Source: an uncultured bacterium (GTDB lineage: Bacteria > Acidobacteriota > Aminicenantia > Aminicenantales > Aminicenantaceae). Taken from it: DNA of 64,000 bases. The stretch covers positions 5,634-69,633 of the forward strand of contig CBESWG010000006.1 of the NCBI GenBank assembly GCA_965533275.1, in the 5' to 3' direction. The notes under the pieces were generated by a model. It made no database searches. It worked only from the letters and a program-made list of their open reading frames with translations, and was not told where the DNA came from. Of this stretch, positions 49,821 to 59,594 are shown one piece after another (position 1 is the first letter of the stretch; each line of letters starts with the position of its first letter). A program made the translations under genes and the position numbers.

Positions 49821-51887
49821 ATGAGATCGCTGCCCGCAAGGCTGTTGTTCGTGATATTTCTCTCGGCGCTGGGATGCAGGCAGCAATCCCTCGATGTTTC
49901 CGAACTCCCCCCCCGTGCCGTGGATGGCGTCCTGCACCTGCGCATGAATCACATCGCCCACGACGACCTTCTCACGGGCGAATGGTCGGCACCCCGCCTG
50001 GGCGGGGACAGGCAGTTTTTCCGATCCCCCACGACTCCGATGTCAGGGATCACATTTCAGGCCTTGAAGCGGGAGGTCTACATCGTCGAGGTGGACCTCG
50101 CCGCGGAGGTCCCGTCCCTGAGGATCGAGATCAATGCCAAGGCCTACCCCGTTGCGGGGAGCCGCTTTCGGCAGGCGATCTCCGCGGATGACATCAGGCT
50201 GGGCGACAATCCAGTCAGGTTCCTATTCCTGGATTCGGAAAAGATCGAGGTCAAACAGGTCAGGATACATCCCCGAAGATTCAGGAAGCTCGCCGACAGG
50301 TATACACCCGGCAGTGACTTCCTGACTCCCGTCCAGTTTCACTACTACTGCAATCCTCTGCAGGGATCGAACCTTGACCTCTCCTATATATTCCAGGGAC
50401 CGCCCATAGAGGGGCACATCACCCTCCGATCCGAGAAAAATACCAAGGAATACACACAGGCTATCCAGAGCCGCAGATCCTTCCGTGTTCCCATGCTGGA
50501 TGACAGCCTCCATCACATCCGCATCACAATTCCGGAAATCGACTCACCCTACATCCGCCTTGTCAAGAGCCGGCTGGCGGCCCCGTTTGAACGGATCCCG
50601 CCTTCCCCGAGCTTCGAGAGTCCGGCCGCCGACACGAATATCCTCATCGTGCTGCTCGATGCGGCCAGAGCGGACCATATGAGCTGTTACGGCTATCACC
50701 GTCGGACGACCCCCCATATCGATCGGCTGGCCGCCGGCGGCATCCGATTCGACGATGTGCTCGTCGAGGCGGCCTACACACTGGCTTCCACGGGGACGCT
50801 GCTGACCGGACTGCCTCCGGATGTTCACGGCGTAGTCTCTTCCTTCTACAGCAGCCTGAGCTCAGACATCACGACACTGCCGGAGCTCCTGCAGGAGAGA
50901 GGATACGCGACCGCAGCCCTGACCGCCAATCCGTTCTTCGGCCGCGCCTACAACTATCACAGAGGATTCGACCACTTTGTCGAGCTGTTCGAGGACAAAC
51001 AGGTCGTCACCGGAGACGACTTCGTGGCCCCGTTCGAAGAGCTGGTGGAAGGTGCGGGGGGCAAGCCATTTTTCATGTACCTCCACCTGAGAGAGCCACA
51101 CACACCCTATTCCATGCCTGAACCCTACTTCGGGATGTTCCAGGATGTCTATGGCAGCCCCTCGGAATCCTTTCACAAAGAAATCAACCGGCTGCTCGAC
51201 GCCGAACACAGGAATCCGTCAGAGCTCCGATTCATGACCGATGTCTATGACGAAAACCTCGCCTATGCCGATCACATCGTCGGGAAGCTCATGGAGGTGT
51301 TGCAGCACCACCAGGAGTTCGACAACACGCTGACGGTCATCATCTCGGATCATGGGGAGGGATTGGGGGAGCACGGGCTCCTGGGACACAACGTGGTCCT
51401 GAACAGGGAGGGCATCCAGGTCCCCCTGATCCTCCATCTCCCGGGGATGGTCCCCGAACCGACGGTGATCGCAAACCCCGCCATCACCTCCGATCTGGTG
51501 GTGACCCTGTGTGAGCTGCTGAAGATCGATTATCCCTATCCGAAACTGAGCCGGGGCCGGCATCTTTTTTCTCTGCCCTCTAAACGAATCCGCTTCTGCC
51601 GCTCCACGGTCCTGTCTTCCCGGTATTCAGGCTATGCCGTCGACTCATTCCCCTACCAGGGCATATTTTTCCCCGAGATGGGTCGATGGGACACGCGGGT
51701 CTTCGATATCCGGCAGGATCCCGAAGCCCGGAATCCTCTGCCCGCTGGCGGGATCCAAGAGGAGGCCCTCAGTTCGTTCCTCTTTCGTTTCATCGAGAGC
51801 AGCGCCACTGGTTTCCGACCAGGTGACCAGCCCAAGTTGGGAGAGAAAGAGAGGGACCGATTGAGGGCTCTGGGCTACATCAAGTAG
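49821..51887 (+). CDS. Sulfatase-like (alkaline-phosphatase superfamily) lipoprotein with a degenerate active-site motif and an N-terminal ~270-aa domain of unknown function
   Basis: ILIVLLDAARADHMSCYGY is the metal-binding N-terminal sulfatase motif. Where the C/S-x-P-x-R motif is expected, the sequence reads AYTLASTGTLLTG instead of CTPSRAALLTG. Lipobox LSALGC. Confidence 0.75.
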   Translation: MRSLPARLLFVIFLSALGCRQQSLDVSELPPRAVDGVLHLRMNHIAHDDLLTGEWSAPRLGGDRQFFRSPTTPMSGITFQALKREVYIVEVDLAAEVPSLRIEINAKAYPVAGSRFRQAISADDIRLGDNPVRFLFLDSEKIEVKQVRIHPRRFRKLADRYTPGSDFLTPVQFHYYCNPLQGSNLDLSYIFQGPPIEGHITLRSEKNTKEYTQAIQSRRSFRVPMLDDSLHHIRITIPEIDSPYIRLVKSRLAAPFERIPPSPSFESPAADTNILIVLLDAARADHMSCYGYHRRTTPHIDRLAAGGIRFDDVLVEAAYTLASTGTLLTGLPPDVHGVVSSFYSSLSSDITTLPELLQERGYATAALTANPFFGRAYNYHRGFDHFVELFEDKQVVTGDDFVAPFEELVEGAGGKPFFMYLHLREPHTPYSMPEPYFGMFQDVYGSPSESFHKEINRLLDAEHRNPSELRFMTDVYDENLAYADHIVGKLMEVLQHHQEFDNTLTVIISDHGEGLGEHGLLGHNVVLNREGIQVPLILHLPGMVPEPTVIANPAITSDLVVTLCELLKIDYPYPKLSRGRHLFSLPSKRIRFCRSTVLSSRYSGYAVDSFPYQGIFFPEMGRWDTRVFDIRQDPEARNPLPAGGIQEEALSSFLFRFIESSATGFRPGDQPKLGEKERDRLRALGYIK

Positions 51888-51979
51888 GCCCTCGATCCCG
51901 GAAGGATCCCCAAAAAATCCCTTTGACAGCCATCCCCGGCCTGAATAAGATAGCACTATCTCAATCTCAGGGAGGAGAC

Positions 51980-53503
51980 ATGAGGACAAAAAACCTGTAT
52001 AAGATCTTGATCATTTCATTCCTGCTGGTTTTTCTTTTCAACGTGAGCCTGCCGGCTCAGAATCGAGCCGCTCCAACTGATGAGGACAAGTTCCTGCTCG
52101 CTTTCCATGGGATCGAAAGCCGGACGCTGTTCGGGTATGTGGAGGAACTGTGTACCGAAAAATACGGCGGACGGCTGTGCGGCACCGAGGAATACAAGCT
52201 GGCGGCCGAATGGGTGATCTCCGTACTGAAAGAATTCGGTGTAGGCCCCGGAGGCGACAACGGAACCTATTATCAGGAATTCCCCAATCCCTATACCACG
52301 GTGTTACCGGGATGTGAGGTCAGCCTCAACATGCCGGTCAAGGACGGGATCGTCAGGAAATTCTACAAATTCGAAGACGAATTCATCCCCGGAGCCACCT
52401 CCGGTTCGGGCGAGGTGACGGCCGAGGTGATCTATGTCGGCTACGGCATCAGCGCTCCCGAGCTCGGGTATGATGAATACGCCGGACTTGATGTAAGCGG
52501 CAAGATCGTCATGATGGAGCGGGAATCTCCCGTGGGGCCCAACAAGCCCGATGAGTTCAAGAAGTGGAGGCCCTATTCCTTCCACCAGTATAAACTGAAG
52601 AATGCGCACGCCCACGGCGCCAGGGGGATGCTCTACAACTACGGCCCCATCGCCAATCCCAACAACGCCTACAAGGAAGATTTTATCTACTCGCACGTTG
52701 GTGCCGTAATGGTCGCAGATGTTTTCGCGGGAACCGGACGGAAACATGCCGATGTGGTCAAGGCGCTCCGTGCAGAGCTCAAGCCGCAGTCCTTCGTGAC
52801 CGGGAAGGTCGCGACCATCAAGAACATCACCAAGCACTATCCTGACGGTGTCGGATTCAACGTCATCGGGACCATCCCCGGCGGCGATCCCGTGCTCAAG
52901 GATGAGGTGATCACTGTCGGCGGCCACCTCGACTTCATGGGCAAGTGCCCCGAGTTCATGGCAGGCGCCAACGACAACGCCGGGGCGTGTGCGGTCATGC
53001 TGGGTGTGGCCGAAGCCATGATGACCTCACCCTATAAGCCCAAGCGGTCGGTGCAGTTCATCTTTTTTGGGGCGGAGGAGCAGGGAGTGGCGGGATCGGA
53101 CTTCTATGTCGAACACCCCCTCTTCCCTCTCGATAAAACCATGGCCATGCTCAACATGGACGGCGTGGGAACCGGAAACATGCTGCGTGCCGGCTCGGGT
53201 GAGAACTATCCCAAGCTGTATGGGTTCATCGAGCGCGCCAATCAGAAGTACGTCCACAGGAACGTTCGGCCTTCCTTCAACTCGAACCTGGCCCGGCCGC
53301 GGCAGGATGCCGCCCATTTCCTGTGGAAGGGTGTGCCCACGCTCTCCTTCGGCGCCGGTGGGATCCGTATCCCCTATCCCACCTATCACAACACGCGTGA
53401 TGTCCCGGCCCTGATCACGCCAGAGATCATGGAAGATCTCGCTCAGATCCTGTTTGTGGCGATCACGGACATGGCGGACGAGGAGACCCTGGACCTCAGA
53501 TAA
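51980..53503 (+). CDS. M28-family metallopeptidase with a PA domain (secreted aminopeptidase-like)
   Basis: GANDNAGACAV is the DNASG-type zinc-ligand motif. The GAEEQG and NMDGVG regions are present. The start MRTKNLYKIL... at 51980 is preceded by GGAGGAG. Confidence 0.85.
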   Translation: MRTKNLYKILIISFLLVFLFNVSLPAQNRAAPTDEDKFLLAFHGIESRTLFGYVEELCTEKYGGRLCGTEEYKLAAEWVISVLKEFGVGPGGDNGTYYQEFPNPYTTVLPGCEVSLNMPVKDGIVRKFYKFEDEFIPGATSGSGEVTAEVIYVGYGISAPELGYDEYAGLDVSGKIVMMERESPVGPNKPDEFKKWRPYSFHQYKLKNAHAHGARGMLYNYGPIANPNNAYKEDFIYSHVGAVMVADVFAGTGRKHADVVKALRAELKPQSFVTGKVATIKNITKHYPDGVGFNVIGTIPGGDPVLKDEVITVGGHLDFMGKCPEFMAGANDNAGACAVMLGVAEAMMTSPYKPKRSVQFIFFGAEEQGVAGSDFYVEHPLFPLDKTMAMLNMDGVGTGNMLRAGSGENYPKLYGFIERANQKYVHRNVRPSFNSNLARPRQDAAHFLWKGVPTLSFGAGGIRIPYPTYHNTRDVPALITPEIMEDLAQILFVAITDMADEETLDLR

Positions 53504-53511
53504 AGCCGGAA

Positions 53512-54048
53512 TCATACTTTGGGCGTGAAGTAGGTCTTGAACAGGCCCTCACCTTCTTCTTTGGCCCAGGCCAGGAGGCCTATGGCCGCGGCCTTCTCGA
53601 TCAGAGGAGCCGGGAGGAACGGTGTGATCAGCTCGTAGATGTCGCCGGGCTTGAGGTCGCGGCAATCAGCGAGCACGCGCTGTACGGGGTGCTCCCCTGC
53701 CTCGAGCATGCTGCGCGCATCCAGCGTCTTGACGATCCGGTCTTCGAAGAACCAGGCCGGCGTTTCGGCCGCGACGGCATCGGCGGCCATATCGGACGCA
53801 AATTCCTCCTGGATGCCGGCCTCTGTCCTCAAATGATTGATCAGCTCGGTCAAGGAGACCTTGCCGATGGCGGCAACCTGAGATAGGGAAGCCACCTTGG
53901 CGATGGTCTTACGGAGTATGGGGCTGCGGAGCTGTTTGAACTGGGGCGCCATCTCCATCAGGACCGTTTCGAGCTGCGGGAAGCGGTCCAGCAGCGCCCC
54001 TATCTTGGTCTCGGGCGAAATATCGAAGCTATTGCTTGTGTTATCCAT
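53512..54048 (-). CDS. DUF1858 + DUF2249 two-domain protein (hybrid-cluster-protein-associated redox family)
   Basis: 178 aa. The N-terminal ISPETKIGALLDRFPQLETVL is ScdA_N/DUF1858-like. The C-terminal ...DARSMLEAGEHPVQRVLADCRDLKPGDIYELITPF is DUF2249-like. Both assignments are from memory. Confidence 0.55.
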   Translation of the reverse strand: MDNTSNSFDISPETKIGALLDRFPQLETVLMEMAPQFKQLRSPILRKTIAKVASLSQVAAIGKVSLTELINHLRTEAGIQEEFASDMAADAVAAETPAWFFEDRIVKTLDARSMLEAGEHPVQRVLADCRDLKPGDIYELITPFLPAPLIEKAAAIGLLAWAKEEGEGLFKTYFTPKV

Positions 54049-54049
54049 T

Positions 54050-55291
54050 TCAGCTGTCCTTCCCGCCGTATTGGAGCAGCCGCCGCTCGCCCTCGAGTTT
54101 CCGCTTCTCGGTCAGGTCTTGGCTGACCTCCAGCGTTCCCAGATACTCACCGGCCTCGCCGTGGAGGGCGAAATACTCGATGTGGATGAATCTGTCATTC
54201 ATCTGGATCCAGAACGCGGCATGGTCTTCCCTGCCGGATTTGAAATCGTCGAGGATCTTCTCGACCACATGTGCGCTCGAGGGGGGATGACACTGCTGCA
54301 CCTTGCGGCCCAGGATGGCCCGGCTGCGGGCGAAGATCCGTTCCTTGCCCTGTGTGAAATACCGCACCCTGTCATCCTTGTCCACAAAGGTCATGTCAAA
54401 GGGGATGGAGTTCAGCACAGCCATGAGCTCGGGGACCTGGAAGCTCCCGCTGGGGAGCTGGATCCTGCCGGACTCAGATGTGGCGGCCTCTTCAATCTCG
54501 ACACCTTCGGGCTTCCAGGAAACCTTGGGATCGTAAAGGCAGAAGCCGTATTCAATGCTCTGCATTTCGATTTGATACCACTCCCTGTCCTCCAGAGAGT
54601 CCAGGCACATGGGGAGGAGGATCTCTTCCTCCTTGTCGATCATGTCACCCACGGCCTTGGAGGCCGGATTGAGGACGAGATCGATGACCGTCGTGGCCTC
54701 TTCGGCTGAGATCCCCTCAACGGCATTGAGGGCCTCCAGGGCGCCTTTCAAGAACTCGCGGGTCTCGTCGTGTTTCCCCCACATCACTGTGGGCGGGCCT
54801 GTGATGCCGTGTTTTTCCAGGAAGGGGAACAGGAGGTTCTCCTTACGCAGGTAGTGTTTCTCGACATCCATCAGGGCGTTGAAGTGCCGATGGATATCCT
54901 GGAAATTGGCCTTCAATCCGTCATCGCTCTCGGCCTTTTTCACTTCCGAATACAACAGCTCAAGGTCTTGGATCTCCTTTCTCAGAGCCCGGTTCTCCTC
55001 CTTGAACGTGTGGACCGGATGCCCGGGAGGAGCTGTCTTAGCCTCGCTGTGGTCCAGGATTCCATCCAAGGCTTGCGTGTGGATATCGCAGAGCCGCAAG
55101 ACCTCTTCCTGAGGCAGGCCCTCGGAGATCAGTTCCTGCTCGACCGCCACCACATCGTTGTACGGCACCTTGCCCATTAGGCTCACCAGCTGCTTCTTGA
55201 CGGCCTCGGGGGCGGTGCCTTCATGCAGCTGCAGGATCATGTGTTTCAGAAGCTCCCTGCGCTTCTGGGCGTTGTCTATCAGTTCACTCAT
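54050..55291 (-). CDS. DUF438 / hemerythrin-like / PAS-like domain protein (putative O2/NO sensor)
   Basis: 413 aa. A hemerythrin-like His/Glu region (HRHFNALMDVEKHYLRKENLLFPFLEKHG) lies in the middle. It is translationally coupled to the DUF1858 gene. Confidence 0.55.
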   Translation of the reverse strand: MSELIDNAQKRRELLKHMILQLHEGTAPEAVKKQLVSLMGKVPYNDVVAVEQELISEGLPQEEVLRLCDIHTQALDGILDHSEAKTAPPGHPVHTFKEENRALRKEIQDLELLYSEVKKAESDDGLKANFQDIHRHFNALMDVEKHYLRKENLLFPFLEKHGITGPPTVMWGKHDETREFLKGALEALNAVEGISAEEATTVIDLVLNPASKAVGDMIDKEEEILLPMCLDSLEDREWYQIEMQSIEYGFCLYDPKVSWKPEGVEIEEAATSESGRIQLPSGSFQVPELMAVLNSIPFDMTFVDKDDRVRYFTQGKERIFARSRAILGRKVQQCHPPSSAHVVEKILDDFKSGREDHAAFWIQMNDRFIHIEYFALHGEAGEYLGTLEVSQDLTEKRKLEGERRLLQYGGKDS

Positions 55292-55446
55292 TGTTTTCTC
55301 CTTTTCGAAGTCTATGTTGTCATTGTACTGTCCATCTGACCCGGATACATTGACTTAGGTCAAAACCAGGGCAGAAAGGGCCAGAGGCAGTCCTTACCTA
55401 ACCCGCGGCAGTGTGATAATATGTTCGGGACCGAAGGAGACTGCCA

Positions 55447-56195
55447 TGAAATTCCAGGACAACGTCGTGATGATCACAGGGGCGGCTTCGGGTATGGGTG
55501 CCGCCACTGCCCGGGAGTTCACCGCTGCCGGAGCGACGGTCGCTATTGTGGACCGCAACCGGGAGCTGGCGGAGGAAGTGGCCGCCGGGATCGGTTCACC
55601 CGCACCGATCATCGGGGATGTCGGTGACTCGTCTTTCTGCGACCGGGCCGTGAAACGTGTCGTCGAAGTCTACGGCCGACTGGATGTCCTGGTCAACTGC
55701 GCAGGGATCATCGTGCGGGCCGATGCGATGGGCACCTCGGATGAGGATTGGCGCCGCATCATGGGAGCCAACGTGGACGGGGTGTTCTTCATGAGCCGCG
55801 CCGCGGTCCCGCACATGCGGAGGCAGGGCAAGGGCGCCATCGTCAACTTCGGCTCCATCTGGGGCAGCGTCGGTGCGGCTGGGGTCACGGCCTACTGCGC
55901 CACCAAGGGGGCCGTGCATCAGATAACGAAGGCCATGGCACTGGACCACGTTCAGGACGGAATCCGCATCAACGCAGTCTGCCCCGGCGAGGTCAACACG
56001 CCGATGCTGGCCTCGGAACGGACCGAACCACCTACTCCGGAAGACCTGCAGAAGCTGGCCGAGGAGACCATCCCGATGGCCCGCCTTGCAGAACCTGAGG
56101 AGGTCGCGCGCGTTGTGGTCTTCCTGGCTTCGGATGCGGCCTCCTACATGACCGGATCCCTGGTCACCGTGGACGCCGGATACACAGCGCGCTAA
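55447..56195 (+). CDS. SDR-family oxidoreductase (classical, NAD(P)-dependent)
   Basis: TGAASGMGAATA cofactor motif. Catalytic YxxxK (YCATK). The start MKFQDNVVMITG is preceded by AAGGAG. Confidence 0.85.
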
Positions 56196-56207
56196 GGAGA
56201 TTTTCGC

Positions 56208-57206
56208 ATGGAACACCGGTTTCTGGGAAACTCGGGAGTCAAGGTTTCACCCCTCTGTCTGGGTGCGGATAATTTTGCCAATCCAACACCGGAGGAAGAA
56301 TCGGTCCGCATGATCGACCGGGCAATGGATGCGGGCATCAACCTCATCGACACCAGCAATTCCTATATGAAGGGGGAGAGCGAGCGCATCATCGGGCGCG
56401 CGCTGGCGCAGAGTGGGCGCAGGGATGAGATGATCATTGCCACCAAGGTCCACTATCCGGTGGGCCCCGGACCCAATGACCGCGGCAACACGCGCCTGCA
56501 CATCCTCAAGGCCTGCGAGGATTCCCTCAGGAGGCTGCAGACCGATCACATCGACCTCTACCAGACCCACCGTCCCGACTTCGATGTGCCGCTCGAGGAG
56601 ACTCTGGGGGCCATGACCACCCTGGTGCGCCAGGGCAAGATCCGGTACATCGGGAGTTCCACGGCGCCCGCCTGGAAGGTGATGGAGGGGCTCCTGGTCA
56701 GCGAGCTCAGGGGCTTCAGCCGCTATGTCTCGGAACAGCCTCCCTACAACCTCCTGGACCGCCGCATTGAAAACGAGCTCGTTCCCCTCTGCCAAAGCCA
56801 TGGCCTGGGCATTATCCCCTGGTCCCCCCTGGCAATGGGCATGCTGGCCGGCCGCTACCTGGACGGAGAGGGCTTCCCGGACGAGTCCCGGGCAACGCTG
56901 AGAGGCGGCATCTATGCGGACCGCGTGACACCCAAGGCCGTAGCCGCTGGTAGCCGGTTCGTGACGCTGGCCAAGGAGATCGGCCTCCCGCCCGCCCAGC
57001 TGGCGATCCTATGGAACAAGGATCAGCCGGGCATCACCGCCCCCATCATCGGCCCCCGCTCAATAGACCAGCTGGAACACCTGCTGCCCGTATTGGAGAT
57101 GACACTGGAAGACCCGGTCCGCAAGGCCTGCGACGAATTCGTTCCGCCTGGCAGCGCCGTGGCGGATTTCCACAATTCGGCTCCCTGGATGAAGATGAAG
57201 CTCTGA
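56208..57206 (+). CDS. Aldo/keto reductase
   Basis: N-terminal [29 protein letters not shown], plus a C-terminal AKR signature. Confidence 0.88.
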   Translation: MEHRFLGNSGVKVSPLCLGADNFANPTPEEESVRMIDRAMDAGINLIDTSNSYMKGESERIIGRALAQSGRRDEMIIATKVHYPVGPGPNDRGNTRLHILKACEDSLRRLQTDHIDLYQTHRPDFDVPLEETLGAMTTLVRQGKIRYIGSSTAPAWKVMEGLLVSELRGFSRYVSEQPPYNLLDRRIENELVPLCQSHGLGIIPWSPLAMGMLAGRYLDGEGFPDESRATLRGGIYADRVTPKAVAAGSRFVTLAKEIGLPPAQLAILWNKDQPGITAPIIGPRSIDQLEHLLPVLEMTLEDPVRKACDEFVPPGSAVADFHNSAPWMKMKL

Positions 57207-57301
57207 GGTGCCCTGCTCTTTGTATGACCTTTGGATTTTTCTTAAAAGTGTATTATATTAGGCTGTTATTTTTTAGGTGAACATAATATGGAGGAAAACG
57301 G

Positions 57302-57718
57302 ATGAGCGATATAGCATGGGATGATAGCCTCTCTGTGGGTGTGGATTTGATCGACGAACAGCACAAGATGTTGATCGACAAACTCAAAGACCTCTCCGAT
57401 GATTTCAAGCAGGGGCACGAGCAGAACAAGATCCTGAAGACGCTCGGCTTCATGATCGATTACACGGACTTCCACTTCACCGCAGAAGAAAAGGTGATGG
57501 CCGAAAACGACTACCCCGAGCTGGAAGATCAGCAGCAGCAGCACGCCGAGTTCAAGACGACGCTGGACAACATCCTTTTAGATCTCAAAGAGGATGGCCC
57601 CACGGACGAGCTGGCCAAGTCCATCAACGTCTTCCTGCTCAACTGGCTCGTCGGCCACATACAGGGCTCCGACCAGAAGCTCGGGGCCTATTTGAATGAG
57701 AAGGGGCAAGCGAAATAG
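57302..57718 (+). CDS. Bacteriohemerythrin (hemerythrin-like metal-binding domain)
   Basis: W-x-(D/S)-SLSVGV-x-LIDEQHK N-terminus. Conserved His/Glu ligands HFTAEE and HIQGSDQKL. Confidence 0.8.
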   Translation: MSDIAWDDSLSVGVDLIDEQHKMLIDKLKDLSDDFKQGHEQNKILKTLGFMIDYTDFHFTAEEKVMAENDYPELEDQQQQHAEFKTTLDNILLDLKEDGPTDELAKSINVFLLNWLVGHIQGSDQKLGAYLNEKGQAK

Positions 57719-57926
57719 GGATACCGCCCTCATCCTGGAAGTCGATGATCCTATATGTCCCGACTCTCAACACATATTCCCTCCCCCAGCTTGTTTTTTT
57801 GCCTCTTTGAACTTTGCCGAACTTGGACTATGATAAGTATGAGGGAGGTCCAAGATTCCCACTGCCTCTGACAAGGATCTGATCCAAGGGATCGCGCAAA
57901 AGGATCCTGCGGCATTCAAAGAGTTT

Positions 57927-58445
57927 GTGGAACGCCATCAGGGGCTCGTGTATTCGGCCTGTTTCAACCTCCTGCACGACCATTCGCAGGCCCAGGATGT
58001 TTCCCAGGAAGTGTTCCTGCAGGTTTTTAGATCGGCCGCAAAGTTCCGGTTCGAGAGCAGGGCCTCGACCTGGCTTTATCGGATAGCTGTCAACCGGTCG
58101 CTGAACCTCATCCGGCGCAACCGAAGATCCCGCTGGATTCAGAGCCTGAGCTCATTTACAGCCGATGAGACACCGGCTGACAGTCTAGCTCCGGCTCCCC
58201 AGGTCGTGCCTCCGGATCAGGCCTATGAGGACAAAGAGCGCGACGAGATGGTGCGCAGAGCCGTCGCGGCACTCCCGGACAAACAGAGGGTACCACTCGT
58301 CCTCCATAAATATGACGGATTCACGGCGAGCGAGATCGCGGAGATCCTGAGTATCCCCCTCACAGCCGTTGAGGCGCGCCTCCGTAGGGCCAAGTCCGTG
58401 CTCAAGCGGAAGCTCCTCGCGCACCTCAAGAGCGGGCTTGGATAA
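57927..58445 (+). CDS. ECF-type RNA polymerase sigma-70 factor; the true start is probably upstream with a non-ATG codon
   Basis: Region 2 YRIAVNRSLNLIRR. Region 4 FTASEIAEILSIPLTAVEARLRRAK. The frame is open back to 57843, and upstream it encodes a conserved ECF N-terminus (...DKDLIQGIAQKDPAAFKEFVERHQGLVY) without an in-frame ATG. Confidence 0.8.
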   Translation: MERHQGLVYSACFNLLHDHSQAQDVSQEVFLQVFRSAAKFRFESRASTWLYRIAVNRSLNLIRRNRRSRWIQSLSSFTADETPADSLAPAPQVVPPDQAYEDKERDEMVRRAVAALPDKQRVPLVLHKYDGFTASEIAEILSIPLTAVEARLRRAKSVLKRKLLAHLKSGLG

Positions 58446-58567
58446 TTCTACCCTGTATACTTCAATTCCGATGATGTTCAGGTTCTCTCCCTCTGCAGGA
58501 ATAATCTCGGGACGAGGGGTATGTTTCCTGGGCCGATGTGTGTCATACCACATGGAGAGTGTCGAGA

Positions 58568-59080
58568 ATGAAATATCCGAGCTGCAGCAAGCTGGAGGAT
58601 CACCTGGTGGAACTGGCGGAAGGATCACTGCCTCCGGAACTGGGGAGGGAGATGCAGGAACATCTGGCTGGCTGCCCCCATTGCGAGAGGCTTCTCCATG
58701 ACTTCACCGAGCTGTGGGGAGGGCTGAATCCGGCGGCTAGAAGGGAGCCCCCTGTATCCCTCTGGCCAGCTCTGGAAAAGGCTCTCGAAACCCGAGAGCG
58801 ACATCCCTTCCGGACCAGCGCACCGTTGATGAGATTCCTCGGCCTCCTGCGCCCTGCGGCCGTTGGACTCGCCGTGCTGGTCACAGCGCTGGCCGGATTC
58901 CATCTGGGGAATCCCCAGGGGGAATACGGAGCACTCCCCCAGCTCTCCGAGCTCTCGCCCGAACTGAGGGAGGAGGCCTATACCGCCCATCTACTCGAGC
59001 CTTTCAGGGATATTCCCGAAGGCTCACTGGCCGAATTCTACCTTGGGATCGAGTCGCCAGACGAGGAAAAAAAGCCATGA
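58568..59080 (+). CDS. Putative zinc-finger (ZAS-like) transmembrane anti-sigma factor
   Basis: H-x3-C-x2-C motif (EHLAGCPHCERLL) near the N-terminus. One TM (LAVLVTALAGF). Immediately downstream of the ECF sigma gene. Confidence 0.6.
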   Translation: MKYPSCSKLEDHLVELAEGSLPPELGREMQEHLAGCPHCERLLHDFTELWGGLNPAARREPPVSLWPALEKALETRERHPFRTSAPLMRFLGLLRPAAVGLAVLVTALAGFHLGNPQGEYGALPQLSELSPELREEAYTAHLLEPFRDIPEGSLAEFYLGIESPDEEKKP

Positions 59081-59577
59081 AACGAAGAATCCTGCCCATC
59101 ATCCTGGCGTTCCTGTTCATCATCAACCTGTCCGCCCTGGCGGCCCTGGCCTACAACCGGTGGTTCAAATCCGCGGAAATCCATCCTGGAGAACCGCTCG
59201 CGAGCCTAGAGGCGCTGCAGCAGCCCATAGGGCTCGATCAGGGGCAGCTGCAGCAGATGAGGGGCCTGAGGGGAGCCCTGGAGGATGAGGTCTTCTCTAT
59301 CCAGGAACAGATCCAGCAGAGACGGCAGGCGCTCATCCTGGAGATGCGGAACGCAGAACCCGACCTCTCTCAGGTGGACGACATGATCGATGAGATCGCC
59401 CGGTTCCAATCCCAGATCCAGAAAAAGACAGTCCGCAGCCTCATGCGAGACAAGGAACTCATGACCCCTTCCCAACAGACCCGATATCTCTCCCTGTTCG
59501 AAGAGCACGTCCAGGGTATGGGACGGGGACGGGGAAGGCGTGTCCGGGGGAGACAGGGACGGGGTATGAAACGCTAA
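59077..59577 (+). CDS. Periplasmic Spy/CpxP-like (LTXXQ-motif) protein
   Basis: Signal/anchor helix. A degenerate LTXXQ-like motif (MTPSQQTRY). Coiled-coil composition. Arg/Gly-rich C-terminus. The start overlaps the anti-sigma stop. Confidence 0.55.
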   Translation: MKRRILPIILAFLFIINLSALAALAYNRWFKSAEIHPGEPLASLEALQQPIGLDQGQLQQMRGLRGALEDEVFSIQEQIQQRRQALILEMRNAEPDLSQVDDMIDEIARFQSQIQKKTVRSLMRDKELMTPSQQTRYLSLFEEHVQGMGRGRGRRVRGRQGRGMKR

Positions 59578-59594
59578 TAATTACGGAGGTTCTT

